A stretch of 64,000 nucleotides of DNA, from IMG/VR virus record IMGVR_UViG_3300047375_000738; one strand, written 5' to 3'. Origin of the DNA: a virus (lineage: Duplodnaviria; Caudoviricetes). Position numbers and translations under genes: made by a program. Within the stretch, counting starts at the first letter, position 1; each line of letters opens with the position of its first letter. The notes below the pieces were generated by a model. That model worked only from the letters and a program-made list of their open reading frames with translations, did no database searches and was not told the origin of the DNA. Positions 1-9,627 of this stretch are shown here, in pieces.

Positions 1-289
1 TGTGTTCGTCAAACTCAATTTTTTTTAAAATTTCTAAAAATTTTATTACAGGATATTTTTTTCTTTGTTGAAATTCAAGAACTCCGCTAATCCAACGCTC
101 GACTGGGTCTCTTAACACAACATGAAAAAATTTTGGTTTTACAAGATGTAATTCATTTCCAACATAAAACCAATTTCGTTCTAGGCCATAGTTAGCTACC
201 AAGCTCGAAGCATTTTTTGGTATGCGTACAATAACATTATCTTTGTCAACTGACACACAAAGACCATAAGGATGTTTATATAAATCCAA
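1..289 (-). CDS. Sulfotransferase-2-like protein, partial (runs off window start; not in ORF track)
   Basis: Manual translation from TTG at 289 is open to base 1: LDLYKHPYGLCVSVDKDNVIVRIPKNASS...VVLRDPVERWISG. IPKNASS resembles the 5'-PSB motif and RDPxxRWISG the 3'-PB motif. Confidence 0.6.
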   Translation of the reverse strand, partial: MDLYKHPYGLCVSVDKDNVIVRIPKNASSLVANYGLERNWFYVGNELHLVKPKFFHVVLRDPVERWISGVLEFQQRKKYPVIKFLEILKKIEFDEH

Positions 290-291
290 TC

Positions 292-2973
292 TTAATCCCA
301 TTCAAATAAAGTGTTAAATGTTGTTTTTTGTTTTGTGCTTTCTAAGTCATAGTTAAGCACACCAATAAGGTTGCCTAGTTTATTATCAATAATAACCTCT
401 TCCATTGCATCTCCATCAAACGGCAGTTCCTTGAACCATTCTGGAATACGCAATTCATCTGTAGGATATGCAACACTTGTATAACCTAGTGGATTTTGCT
501 TTAGTTTGCAAACAATAACTTTCATACCATCTACAATCTCTTGCGAATACTTGTCTCCATTCATACGCTTCAATGTATTCCAGTTAAGACTTGCTCTTAC
601 ATGCCCTGGCATGTTTGCTTTGCCTTGCTTTTCTTCTAAGCGTCTGTAGTGTCCAATCTTGTTTGCACGTTTTGGTGCGCCTTTTTCCCACCCGGGCATT
701 TCTTTAAACTCTTTACGGAATTCACTAATAGCATCAAGTAGTTCTTTTTCAGGCTTTTTATCTAGTACCATATCGAGCAAATCTTTTAAGAAGTCCTGCA
801 TGAAAACTGGAGTATCACTGCGCTTCAAGTCCAAGCCCATTGCTTTTACTTTGCCTCTTTTGCCGTCGCTGTCACTTCTAAAGCCTTCGATGTCATACAC
901 TAGTGCTGCATAACGTTTCTTAGTAATAAACAATCCTGTTTCTGCAACAATCTCTCTTGCTGCTGCAATAACATCGCTACGTGATCTTGGACAGTGAAAT
1001 GCATCTAACATAAACTGCGGAAATGTAGTGTTTGCCTGTTCGCATACTTGATCATACAGTGTAATTACATTGTCTTTATCCCAAGGAATGTTGCCTTTGT
1101 CAATATCATCTTTTAGTACAGGATATGCACTAAAATAACAAGAGTCAGTATCGCCATATATCATTGCTTTACCAACATGGTCATATTCGCCTGTAATAAC
1201 TTTGTTTACTTCGGCACTCATATGCTTAACAATAGTTCTGCCGCTTAGTGTAGTTGATTGTCCAATACGTTTATCAAAGAATCTACAGCCTGGATTAAGA
1301 ATAGCACCATACAAACTGTTCAAGTTAATCTTCTTAACCAACTGTCGCTTGTCCCAGTATTCGATCTCTGCATCATTTTTTGCATCTTTGGCTTTTTTAA
1401 GCATTGCTTGCAGTTCTTTACGTTCGCTATACCAACGTTTTAGCAATCCGGGAATAACACCTTCAATTTCTGTTGTAAAAACAGTACCATTTGAACTAAG
1501 CATCCAAGGTTGATTGCTATCAAAAATAAGTTTCCATATTTCGGCACCACTTAATACATGCTCTGTTCCGTCTTCTAGTTCAAGTGTAAGAGGCACATCT
1601 TTACGCTGTTCCATTACAGCATCATATTCTAATGTAGCAAACTTGCCTTCCCAAGCACCTGCAAAACTTTTCTTTTCAAGTGTAGTTGCGTTGTGCAAAA
1701 ACTCTTCTGTAAGATCTAAACGTATCTGTCCTATAATAGTTTCTGGTGCCATATTCATTGCACGAATAATACTTGGATACAGACTGTTCAAATCCATCGA
1801 ACCGATCCACTCGTGTACGCCTTTTTTTGGAAACGCAACGTATGCACCTGCTGCCGCTGTATTGCCTTCGTGGTTCTTTCTGTTTGGTACTTGTAGCCCA
1901 CGTCTGTGTGCTTCGTTAACAATTGCTTGCTCTGTAACTGCAACTGCTCCTGCTGTTGTTTGTAGTAGCACAGTGTTATCATGCGCAATTTCATTAGCAA
2001 GATCAATAAAACGTAGTTTCTTGTCTAGTTTGTCTAGTAGTGCAACGTCCTGTCTGTTGTATTCAATAAAACGTTCGAAGTCGTTGTTGTATAACTGATC
2101 AAGTGTGCCTTCATATACAGTCTTGTTCTCGCCTACTTCCATTTCACCAATAGCATCTAGTCTATATGTGTGACGTTCTTCATATGTGTACTTGCGATAC
2201 AAGTTAAGATAGTCCATATGTACTCTTCCAATAGTATCATACGTTTCGCTTGTCTTACCAAACTTTTCATATTCTCTACGCTTGGGCTTTTGTCCCCACA
2301 GACAGAATCGACGTGTGTCATCACTGCTTAAAATACGTTTAATTCTATTTACAGTATAAGGAACATCATATCCTTCACTGTTCCATCCACTGTGAATATC
2401 TGCGTCTTCGATAAGATCTAAGAACGTTGATAACATCTGTTGCTCGCCTGCTTCGCTGTTTGGAAATAGTAAGCAACTTTCACCCCAACGTTGTTTACAC
2501 ATTGCTTCTGCTTCTTCCATCGGCAAGCCTTTGGGCGGCATAGCAACTGTTACTAGCATATCTAGCCATTGTAGGTGTACAGTAATAGCAGTAATAGGCA
2601 TAAACGGATCTTCAACTGGAGCAAAGCCACGCTCTGGATCAAAGTCTGTCTCAATATCCCAAAACACTACGTTTAGTTTAGGCGCATCTTGATTAAGATA
2701 GTTTTCACTTAAACACTGGAAGATTGGATTCACATCACTTTCAAACATTGTCTTGCCTTTGTTAATAGCAAGTTCTTTTCGAAAGTCTTTTGTACTCTTG
2801 CACACAACTCTAGTTAGTGGATCGCCATAAATGCTTTTGTATTTGCCTCGCGGGTCTTCGTAATACCAAGTATACTTTGACTGATATTCATGGAAATGTC
2901 TCTTTCCATCTTTGCGCTCAACGACACGAATAATATCACTATCTCTATCAAAAAATGCATCTACGTATGCCAT
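292..2973 (-). CDS. polB: Family B DNA polymerase (T4 gp43-like)
   Basis: Exonuclease motifs WDIETD, WNSEGYD, YNRQD; polymerase motifs DLNSLYPS, KINLNSLYG, YGDTDS; 893 aa. Confidence 0.97.
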   Translation of the reverse strand: MAYVDAFFDRDSDIIRVVERKDGKRHFHEYQSKYTWYYEDPRGKYKSIYGDPLTRVVCKSTKDFRKELAINKGKTMFESDVNPIFQCLSENYLNQDAPKLNVVFWDIETDFDPERGFAPVEDPFMPITAITVHLQWLDMLVTVAMPPKGLPMEEAEAMCKQRWGESCLLFPNSEAGEQQMLSTFLDLIEDADIHSGWNSEGYDVPYTVNRIKRILSSDDTRRFCLWGQKPKRREYEKFGKTSETYDTIGRVHMDYLNLYRKYTYEERHTYRLDAIGEMEVGENKTVYEGTLDQLYNNDFERFIEYNRQDVALLDKLDKKLRFIDLANEIAHDNTVLLQTTAGAVAVTEQAIVNEAHRRGLQVPNRKNHEGNTAAAGAYVAFPKKGVHEWIGSMDLNSLYPSIIRAMNMAPETIIGQIRLDLTEEFLHNATTLEKKSFAGAWEGKFATLEYDAVMEQRKDVPLTLELEDGTEHVLSGAEIWKLIFDSNQPWMLSSNGTVFTTEIEGVIPGLLKRWYSERKELQAMLKKAKDAKNDAEIEYWDKRQLVKKINLNSLYGAILNPGCRFFDKRIGQSTTLSGRTIVKHMSAEVNKVITGEYDHVGKAMIYGDTDSCYFSAYPVLKDDIDKGNIPWDKDNVITLYDQVCEQANTTFPQFMLDAFHCPRSRSDVIAAAREIVAETGLFITKKRYAALVYDIEGFRSDSDGKRGKVKAMGLDLKRSDTPVFMQDFLKDLLDMVLDKKPEKELLDAISEFRKEFKEMPGWEKGAPKRANKIGHYRRLEEKQGKANMPGHVRASLNWNTLKRMNGDKYSQEIVDGMKVIVCKLKQNPLGYTSVAYPTDELRIPEWFKELPFDGDAMEEVIIDNKLGNLIGVLNYDLESTKQKTTFNTLFEWD

Positions 2974-2994
2974 ACGATCTCCTTATTATTCTTT

Positions 2995-3023
2995 ATAGTA
3001 ACATATTTAGGCAATGTTGTCAA
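2995..3023 (-). promoter_or_regulatory. sigma70-type promoter for polB
   Basis: TTGACA-17 nt-TACTAT, followed by AGGAG before the ATG at 2973. Confidence 0.75.
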
Positions 3024-4035
3024 CAAACGATTTAGCATAAAGTATGTCATGTCTAAGTTTTTTTGCTCTAGTTAAAAATTGGTAACTTTCGTTATATAAT
3101 ATACTAGGTAATTCCATATTTTTCATTTTCTTTATATGCACCTTTTGATTATGTTTTGCTGTTTTTTCTAATGTATTGTGTAATGCTGTACTGTTATTTA
3201 GATCTTTTACTTGATTTACAATTGAATCTATACGTTGCTCGATAGTATTGTGTGCGTCAAAACTATAATCAAATACATCATGGTGTAATTTATAGCCTTC
3301 ATCTTCTAAGTGTTTGTGCATGTTTTTACATGTTACAAGTAAAAAAGGCTGTGCTTGAAACAAACAACTGTAAGTTTTTTCACTTAACAATGTAGTATCT
3401 ACAACAGGTATATCGTAGTAACTTTCAGTAACTAAATTAAAAGCACTTTTGTTCCATACATCAAGCGGTGGTGGCGGGTTATCAAAATAGTCGTAAACTA
3501 ATACTGGGTCGTGTTTAGCATAATCAAACCATTTTACAATTTTTCCTTCCCAGTTTCTATGCAGCGGCTTATTTTTTACGCTTTCTAAGTATCTTTTATG
3601 TAAGCTATCGTCATCGTCACCTACTGCTATTTGACTGTAACTTACGTAGCCAGTTTCTAGTAGTTGGTTGTCGTATAATTTATCCAGTAAATAGTCTCGA
3701 TGATATCCAAGCGATTGTTGTTGACAACAAAATAGTCTATCAATACTTTTATTATAGTTTGTAGGCTGTATACCAGTAAGTCGCATGTATCCCGGGAACT
3801 CGTAGTGCATTGGTTCTTTAGTAGTGTACGGATCCATATGAGTACAGTGCCACTTTAGTTTTCCTTGCTTAACAAAACGTGTAAATCTCTTGTCTCGAAC
3901 GTAGTCAATTATCCAGTTTGAGTCGTAACCTTCTTCCATATAGTAAAACAAATGTAGTTCGTCAACTATATCGCATATTTCCGCCAAGTTTGCTTCGGGC
4001 TGTTGATCGTTAGTAAATCCTACAACAACTGCCAT
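3007..4035 (-). CDS. Conserved phage protein, putative glycosyltransferase-like (TESYY...SEKT...QPF family), paralog 1
   Basis: C-terminal FNLVTESYY...LSEKTYSCL..AQPF...GYKL..DVFDYSFD motif, shared with 4035-5030 and 24242-25231. Function is inferred. Confidence 0.55.
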   Translation of the reverse strand: MAVVVGFTNDQQPEANLAEICDIVDELHLFYYMEEGYDSNWIIDYVRDKRFTRFVKQGKLKWHCTHMDPYTTKEPMHYEFPGYMRLTGIQPTNYNKSIDRLFCCQQQSLGYHRDYLLDKLYDNQLLETGYVSYSQIAVGDDDDSLHKRYLESVKNKPLHRNWEGKIVKWFDYAKHDPVLVYDYFDNPPPPLDVWNKSAFNLVTESYYDIPVVDTTLLSEKTYSCLFQAQPFLLVTCKNMHKHLEDEGYKLHHDVFDYSFDAHNTIEQRIDSIVNQVKDLNNSTALHNTLEKTAKHNQKVHIKKMKNMELPSILYNESYQFLTRAKKLRHDILYAKSFVDNIA

Positions 4036-5030
4036 TACATATTGTCCGCATATTTTTTTATTTTTAATATTTTTTCTTTATGTCGTTGTGCTTCTGGGCA
4101 GAACACGTAATCTTCACTAGTTAAAATACTAGGTAATTGTAATCTTTTTACCTTGTCTAAGAATATAGTTTGATTATACTTAGCAGTTTCTATAGTTGAT
4201 TTAAACATGTTTATTTTCAGGTTTTTTATTTGTTTTACTATTGCTTCAGTTCGTGCTTCTATAGTTGGTAATTTATCAAAAGAATAATCAAATACATCTG
4301 TATATAATTTATATCCTTCGTCTTCTATTTTTTTATGTATGTTTTGGCATCCTACAATAATAAAAGGTTGGGCATGTAGTAAACAACTGTATGTTTTTTC
4401 TGTAAGTAAACTAGTATCTTTTGCCTCAATATCATAATAACTTTCTGTAATAATATTAAAACAAGACTTGTACCATGTGCTAATAGGCGGCGGTGGGTTA
4501 TCTTCTATATTCCATATTAAACTGTCATCATGACTATCACTAGGAAACCATTTGTGAATGTTATTGTGCCAGGATTTATTAAATTTAAATTTTTGTGAAT
4601 CTTTTATGTATTTAATTGTTAAATGGTCTTCATTAGGTCCTGAGTCTTCTGCATAACTTACAAGACCTTTTGATAATAGTCTTTGTCTATACAAAAGATT
4701 CATTAACAAATCTCGATGATAACCTAATGACTTTTGTTGACTAAAATACAAGTGTGTAGGTGATTGTCTTTGTTGTACTAATGGTTGGATACTAAGTAGC
4801 ATATCAAATTCAGGCCAAGTTATGTGATAATCCTTTGTGCCGACATATGGATCTGAATGATTGCAATGCCAAAAATATTTACAATTATTATCTGTTATTG
4901 CACCCTGTAAATCTTTAATATTACGACCTTCTTCTGAATAGTATAAAAAGTGCTGTTCTGTAGGAGCATAGATCTGTTTTAAGTCAGACTCAATGACTCC
5001 ATCTTTGTCAGCACCATATACTACTTTCAT
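4035..5030 (-). CDS. Putative glycosyltransferase-like protein, tandem paralog 2
   Basis: Collinear with 3007-4035 (WHCxHxDPY, SLGYHRD, DNPPPP, TESYY, EKTYSCL, AQPF). Confidence 0.55.
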   Translation of the reverse strand: MKVVYGADKDGVIESDLKQIYAPTEQHFLYYSEEGRNIKDLQGAITDNNCKYFWHCNHSDPYVGTKDYHITWPEFDMLLSIQPLVQQRQSPTHLYFSQQKSLGYHRDLLMNLLYRQRLLSKGLVSYAEDSGPNEDHLTIKYIKDSQKFKFNKSWHNNIHKWFPSDSHDDSLIWNIEDNPPPPISTWYKSCFNIITESYYDIEAKDTSLLTEKTYSCLLHAQPFIIVGCQNIHKKIEDEGYKLYTDVFDYSFDKLPTIEARTEAIVKQIKNLKINMFKSTIETAKYNQTIFLDKVKRLQLPSILTSEDYVFCPEAQRHKEKILKIKKYADNM

Positions 5031-5530
5031 CTATCAAAAGCAGTAACTTGCATTGTAAAACGATGTTCAATTCCCATATTGTATGCAGCATGTGGCGCAC
5101 TACCTGTCCAGCTAATCCAGTCGCCATTTTTCCAATCACACAAGCATGTATCTTCTACGTGGAAATAATGACCTAGTTTGCAATCTTCTAAAAATACAAT
5201 ATAACGTGTAATAGTGTTTACATCTGTAATATTATGCATCTTCATAAAGTTTGCATACATATCTTTGTGTAAAGGAAGAATGTTAGCAGGCGGCGTTCTG
5301 TAAATTGCAACCTCAAAGTGATCGTGGTCTGGTAGCTGCTCAACTACACCTTTCCAAAATTCAGGCATAATGTCTTTAGGACCTACATATACATCATTAT
5401 TGATAATAACTTTATAAGGATCGTGTCCATATTTGATATATTCATCGCCTCCATAGCCTCCTGCACTTTCGTATGGTAAACTATAAAATTGTTGTCCTTG
5501 CCAACATGGTTCAATATGTCCTTGTTTCAT
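5027..5530 (-). CDS. 2OG-Fe(II) dioxygenase / cupin-like hydroxylase
   Basis: HxD (LPLHKD), distal His (PHAAYN) and Arg (HRFTMQV); paralog of 59815-60342. Confidence 0.7.
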   Translation of the reverse strand: MKQGHIEPCWQGQQFYSLPYESAGGYGGDEYIKYGHDPYKVIINNDVYVGPKDIMPEFWKGVVEQLPDHDHFEVAIYRTPPANILPLHKDMYANFMKMHNITDVNTITRYIVFLEDCKLGHYFHVEDTCLCDWKNGDWISWTGSAPHAAYNMGIEHRFTMQVTAFDR

Positions 5531-5544
5531 GTATTTTTCCTTTA

Positions 5545-6444
5545 TTAGCTATCAGAGTATTTAGTTGGGGCTCTGACCTTCTTAACATCATTATTGGTTA
5601 TTGTAGTATACTTAGGCTCTATAGGACACAACGAGCATTGTTTGATTGCATCTGATGTTAGCCTTGATACTTTGTGTGATATATTTTTATCGCTATGCTC
5701 TAATGGTTTGTATTTTTTTATTAGTTTTTCAGCACTAGGTTCTATTGCATATTTTTTAACAAGTGCCTGTGCTCCAACTAATGTTCCGCATTTGTAAAGT
5801 TTGCCTTTGTAAATATAATGACAATCGTTAATGTCGCAAGCATTGTGTGCATCTTCATAATTGTTTTTATAAAAATTAATTTGATTGTTGTTATGATCTT
5901 TTGATCCCCATTGATAAAAATCAAACTCTTCAGCTATCATAGCAACTACACGACCGTCTTGTACATAAAATACAGTGTAATCAGTTTTATAATATTTTGG
6001 AACATTTGTTAATTCTGCACTAGTAACTTTTGTTATATTTTTGTTACCAATAACTGATTCAATGTCTCGTTCAGCTTTTGCAAAATGTTCTGGTGTATGT
6101 GCATTTACTTCGACAACAATACCTGCGTTCCACCATTCAACGAGATTATGTTTCCACTTATCTATAAGAAGTCCGTTTGTACATATTTTAAAATCTTTGC
6201 AATACGGAAATATTGAACGTAATCCTATAGCCCAATTGTGTAAATCTGGATTGCTCATAGGCTCGCCGCCGATGATGCTCATATCAATTGGATCTAATAT
6301 TTTACTCCATGCTATAGAATCGTTTTTGTAGTCTTCAAAAAGATCGTGTCCAGAAATGTTATAGTTATTAAAACTCAAACACCCTGGACACGCTAGATTA
6401 CAAGTATGACTAATATAAAATTGTACTACACCCAGTGAAAACAT
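5545..6444 (-). CDS. Radical SAM protein
   Basis: CNLACPGC (CxxxCxxC), GGEP, TNG, and C-terminal cysteines. Confidence 0.85.
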   Translation of the reverse strand: MFSLGVVQFYISHTCNLACPGCLSFNNYNISGHDLFEDYKNDSIAWSKILDPIDMSIIGGEPMSNPDLHNWAIGLRSIFPYCKDFKICTNGLLIDKWKHNLVEWWNAGIVVEVNAHTPEHFAKAERDIESVIGNKNITKVTSAELTNVPKYYKTDYTVFYVQDGRVVAMIAEEFDFYQWGSKDHNNNQINFYKNNYEDAHNACDINDCHYIYKGKLYKCGTLVGAQALVKKYAIEPSAEKLIKKYKPLEHSDKNISHKVSRLTSDAIKQCSLCPIEPKYTTITNNDVKKVRAPTKYSDS

Positions 6445-6447
6445 TTA

Positions 6448-6714
6448 TTATGCGTCACTGTCATACCCAGTTGTTGCAACAATAGTTTCGAGGTCTTCAA
6501 ACTCGTCTTGTACACGACTCCAGTCACGTTTTTGTGCTACTTTGATTGCTTTATTAATAAGAGAAGGTTTTACATTTAGTTCTTCTGCTACTGCTTTTAC
6601 GGTTTCTTTTAGTCCACCTTGTAGATCTTCAATTTCTTGTAGAACAGTTACACCTTCTTTAACTAGACGTTCTAGTTTGGCTTTTTCTTCTTGACCGTAT
6701 ACTCTGTCGCTCAT
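6448..6714 (-). CDS. T4 DsbA/GapR-like dsDNA-binding protein
   Basis: 88 aa helical protein with the pattern LKETVKAVAEELNVKPSLINKAIK; own sigma70 promoter. Confidence 0.6.
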   Translation of the reverse strand: MSDRVYGQEEKAKLERLVKEGVTVLQEIEDLQGGLKETVKAVAEELNVKPSLINKAIKVAQKRDWSRVQDEFEDLETIVATTGYDSDA

Positions 6715-6738
6715 ATATTTCTCCTATGTGTTTCTTAT

Positions 6739-6767
6739 ACTATATACGATTAGTTGCAGTTTGTCAA
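6739..6767 (-). promoter_or_regulatory. sigma70-type promoter
   Basis: TTGACA-17-TATAGT; the TGA within TTGACA is the stop codon of the upstream gene. Confidence 0.8.
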
Positions 6768-7363
6768 CGAATAAATGCACCTATACGTCCGTGTACATCA
6801 GGATAATCTTTATATGAATATCCAGTTGGAGGAGTTATATCTTCGCCTTCCCAGACTGGAATAAAATGATTAATATTGCCGTCAAAGTCCTCGTTGCGTC
6901 TCAAGTGTACTTCGATTAGTTTGCCACCTATAAATTCACAGTTCATCCATGGATGCTGTTTGACTAATTCGTTTAGCAATGTAGGAAACGTAAATTTCTT
7001 ATCATCTCGTTTCCAATCAGTCCATTTGGTAAATGTATCTTCGGGCTTGTGTCCTTGTACACATAGCATTTGATTACCTTCAAAATAATCTACACTATAA
7101 TGATTGCCTTCAAAGAATTCACACCAAAAATGTCCTACTGGAAGATGCATTGTTTCTTTCTCAATCCATACTTTTTGTGCGCCCAGCCCTAAGCCTAGCA
7201 TATTAACACAAGGACGTACAATATAAAAGCCCGGATGCGGAACATCGAGTCCGACCGGGCCACTATTATATTTTAATTTACGAGCAAGTATAAGTTTGTC
7301 CATTACCCAAATGTTATCTGGGTTGATACTAAGCCAAACAAAGTCCTCGGCACTGTCTTCCAT
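6764..7363 (-). CDS. Conserved marine phage protein, possibly ATP-grasp-like
   Basis: IVRPCVNMLGLGLG, FWCEFFEGxHxSVDY and NCEFIGGKLIEVH resemble ATP-grasp segments. Confidence 0.45.
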   Translation of the reverse strand: MEDSAEDFVWLSINPDNIWVMDKLILARKLKYNSGPVGLDVPHPGFYIVRPCVNMLGLGLGAQKVWIEKETMHLPVGHFWCEFFEGNHYSVDYFEGNQMLCVQGHKPEDTFTKWTDWKRDDKKFTFPTLLNELVKQHPWMNCEFIGGKLIEVHLRRNEDFDGNINHFIPVWEGEDITPPTGYSYKDYPDVHGRIGAFIR

Positions 7364-7364
7364 A

Positions 7365-8243
7365 CTACATTTTAACGCAGTTGTCTACAGTTTTGCCGCC
7401 TTTTTTCTTAGTACCCATACGCTTGTAGCCTTTCCAACATACCTTGCCGTCAACGCCTTTTTGCTTTTCTTCGGGTAGTGTAGTATAGCTTGGCTTGCCG
7501 CATTCGTTGCATGTACCTTTGGCTTCTGAAAGTTTTGAACCTAAGTTGTTTTTGTATTTTACAACATCTTTTTCATCCATTGTAAACTTGTGACTTTCGG
7601 TTGCTGCAATTGGTGATTTATCATAGTCTAGTGTGTGATACACACTGCCGATATAGTCTGCTGCTTTGGTAATTTTTGATTGCATCCAACCTTCGATGCC
7701 TTCGGCTTCACTTACACCTTTTAGAATTTCGTGTAGTTTGATTGAATACTTTGCAATTTTGTATAATTCGGCACGTGCCATTTGTACTTCGTGATCACGT
7801 TCTGCCATGTCTGCCATATCGGCAAGACCTTCTTTTACTTTATGCTTTTTGCCATCTACTTCAAATTCGTCCTTGCCTGAGTCTTTGGCTTTTTTAAGTT
7901 CTCCGGAAAACTTGTTGCCTTCTGCTGGTTCAGCTGCACGATTAGTTGAAGCATCTTTGTCTGCTTTTGCTTTACCAATTAACATTTGAATAACGTCTTG
8001 GCTCATACCTGTCATTTTAACAACATCAGACATACTCTTTGGACCAAAACTTGCTCCAAAGGATTCAAGTGATTCGCCTAGTCTTGATAATGCATTTGCC
8101 ATCATCAGTGTGTTGTCATCAGTTCCTGTCATTCTTGAACTCATGTCAATCATTTTTCTGCCTAGTGCGGCAATAGCTTTGTGCTTTGGATTGATGTTGA
8201 AGTTATCGTCTACATCACGTTCTGCAAGTTTTTTATCTGTCAT
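7365..8243 (-). CDS. Putative internal head / virion protein
   Basis: Modular charged protein (DHEVQMARAELYK module, CWKGY...NCVK tail) with several [ILV]xE sites; late-type ATAAATA at 8263-8269. Confidence 0.5.
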   Translation of the reverse strand: MTDKKLAERDVDDNFNINPKHKAIAALGRKMIDMSSRMTGTDDNTLMMANALSRLGESLESFGASFGPKSMSDVVKMTGMSQDVIQMLIGKAKADKDASTNRAAEPAEGNKFSGELKKAKDSGKDEFEVDGKKHKVKEGLADMADMAERDHEVQMARAELYKIAKYSIKLHEILKGVSEAEGIEGWMQSKITKAADYIGSVYHTLDYDKSPIAATESHKFTMDEKDVVKYKNNLGSKLSEAKGTCNECGKPSYTTLPEEKQKGVDGKVCWKGYKRMGTKKKGGKTVDNCVKM

Positions 8244-8265
8244 AGTATTCTCCGGTTACTACTAT

Positions 8266-8838
8266 TTATCTGTTTTTCTTTTTTGTTCTACGTTTTGGTG
8301 CTGCACCTCTACGTAGCATATTTCCTGGGCCGCCACCTGCAAACCCGTTTCCGGTTGCAGCAATTGCACCAGCACTTGTTGTTTCGTACATTGATTCTTC
8401 TTGATATTTGGCTACTAATGCTTCGCCTTTTCTCTCAACAAACTTTTTAAGAGCAACTGCACCTAGTATAAGTGCTACTGCCATTCCAATTTCAAATTTG
8501 TTATCAATAAGCATCTGTGCATATTCTTCACCAATTTGAGATATTACCCAATCCCAGCCTTGGTCGATATAATATGCTGCGGCTGCTCCTGCGCCAATTT
8601 TGCCACCGTGTCTTTTTAGCAGCCATTTAATAATAGGCCATGCTCCTCGTGCCGCTGCAAACTTGATTAGCCATATTGCTGCTGCAATAATTGGTGCTGC
8701 TTCGTCTAGTTGTGCTTCGCCTACTAGTTTACCTTTTAAAGGATGTTTGGTACGACCAGGCTTTGCTTTTGGCATTGGATCTTTGCCTTTGGCTTGATGC
8801 CCAGCTTTACCGCCACCTGTAATTTCGCTTATAATCAT
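8266..8838 (-). CDS. Hypothetical virion-associated protein with hydrophobic middle and basic tail
   Basis: MIISEI leader, ETTSAGAIA module, hydrophobic segments. Confidence 0.5.
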   Translation of the reverse strand: MIISEITGGGKAGHQAKGKDPMPKAKPGRTKHPLKGKLVGEAQLDEAAPIIAAAIWLIKFAAARGAWPIIKWLLKRHGGKIGAGAAAAYYIDQGWDWVISQIGEEYAQMLIDNKFEIGMAVALILGAVALKKFVERKGEALVAKYQEESMYETTSAGAIAATGNGFAGGGPGNMLRRGAAPKRRTKKKNR

Positions 8839-9026
8839 TTGCTTCGCCTAATTGAAATAATTTTAGTCTCAGGACCATATTGTGCCATTAGTTGCTTTTT
8901 AGCTTCAATAGCATTACGTGCTTGTGCTTGCACTTTGATAGCTTGCGAGTAATACTTTTGTCTAATACGTAAATCAGCAATAAACAAATGAAATGCAGGC
9001 GCTTTAAAGGTCTCTCTTAGTCTCAT
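8835..9026 (-). CDS. Small hypothetical protein (start revised to MRLRETF)
   Basis: ATG at 9026 sits a few nt downstream of the late-type CTAAATA at 9032-9038. Confidence 0.5.
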   Translation of the reverse strand: MRLRETFKAPAFHLFIADLRIRQKYYSQAIKVQAQARNAIEAKKQLMAQYGPETKIISIRRSK

Positions 9027-9027
9027 G

Positions 9028-9333
9028 TTAGTATTTAGTCCAATCAAATAACTTTACTTTTTCTTCAGGTTCCTCAAGCGTGTGTCCGCCTTCAATAATA
9101 GCCCATTCAGCCGCAGTATATCGCGGAGTAGTATCTTCGGTCATTCCTAAGTTAAAAAGCACATTAGTTGACTTGCCTTTTACCTTACTACTTAATGTAG
9201 GCGGCTTACCATCTTTGTCTACTTTAAAGCCTAATTTTGCTGCTTCAATACTAGTTTGATTAACACCAACATCAGGAGTAGTGTTAACACCTTTTACAAT
9301 ACGTCCATCTTCAAATAAATCGTCTATTTTCAT
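9028..9333 (-). CDS. Hypothetical protein with MKIDDLFE leader
   Basis: Capsid-targeting-like N-terminus; AAEWAIIEGGHTLE tail. Confidence 0.55.
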   Translation of the reverse strand: MKIDDLFEDGRIVKGVNTTPDVGVNQTSIEAAKLGFKVDKDGKPPTLSSKVKGKSTNVLFNLGMTEDTTPRYTAAEWAIIEGGHTLEEPEEKVKLFDWTKY

Positions 9334-9536
9334 TTGCGGCCTCTAAATCCTTTGCCTTGCATCTTAGGCTGACTAAACCATAGTTTAAACCATTCGTCGG
9401 TGCCTGGTTTGATATTTTGCTCACGTTCTTTCTTACGATTAGCATTTGCAGCATCGCTAAAATCTTCTAGAGTGTATTCAGTGTATCCTTTAAATTCACT
9501 GATCCCTGCTAGTTTCTTTAGATCTTCTATATTCAT
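9330..9536 (-). CDS. Small hypothetical protein (MNIEDLKKLAGI...GTDEWFKLWF)
   Basis: Conserved-looking LKKLAG and PGTDEWFKLWF modules; start revised to 9536. Confidence 0.55.
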   Translation of the reverse strand: MNIEDLKKLAGISEFKGYTEYTLEDFSDAANANRKKEREQNIKPGTDEWFKLWFSQPKMQGKGFRGRK

Positions 9537-9627
9537 TCCAGTATGCATTTCTTTCGTTGGTACTAGCTCTACGTGCTTCGTGTTCTTTATACTTAGCTAT
9601 ATAGTGTTCTAGTTCTTCTTGGGTCAT
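9496..9627 (-). CDS. 43-aa ORF MTQEELEHYIAKYKEHEARRASTNERNAYW...
   Basis: Manual translation; fills the gap between neighbours and is start/stop coupled to 9624-10910. Confidence 0.4.
   Translation of the reverse strand: MTQEELEHYIAKYKEHEARRASTNERNAYWNEYRRSKETSRDQ

Noticed and set aside
292-2973. Intein or intron in the DNA polymerase
   Set aside because: The length and motif spacing are normal, with no C/S...HN-C/S/T intein signature or LAGLIDADG block.
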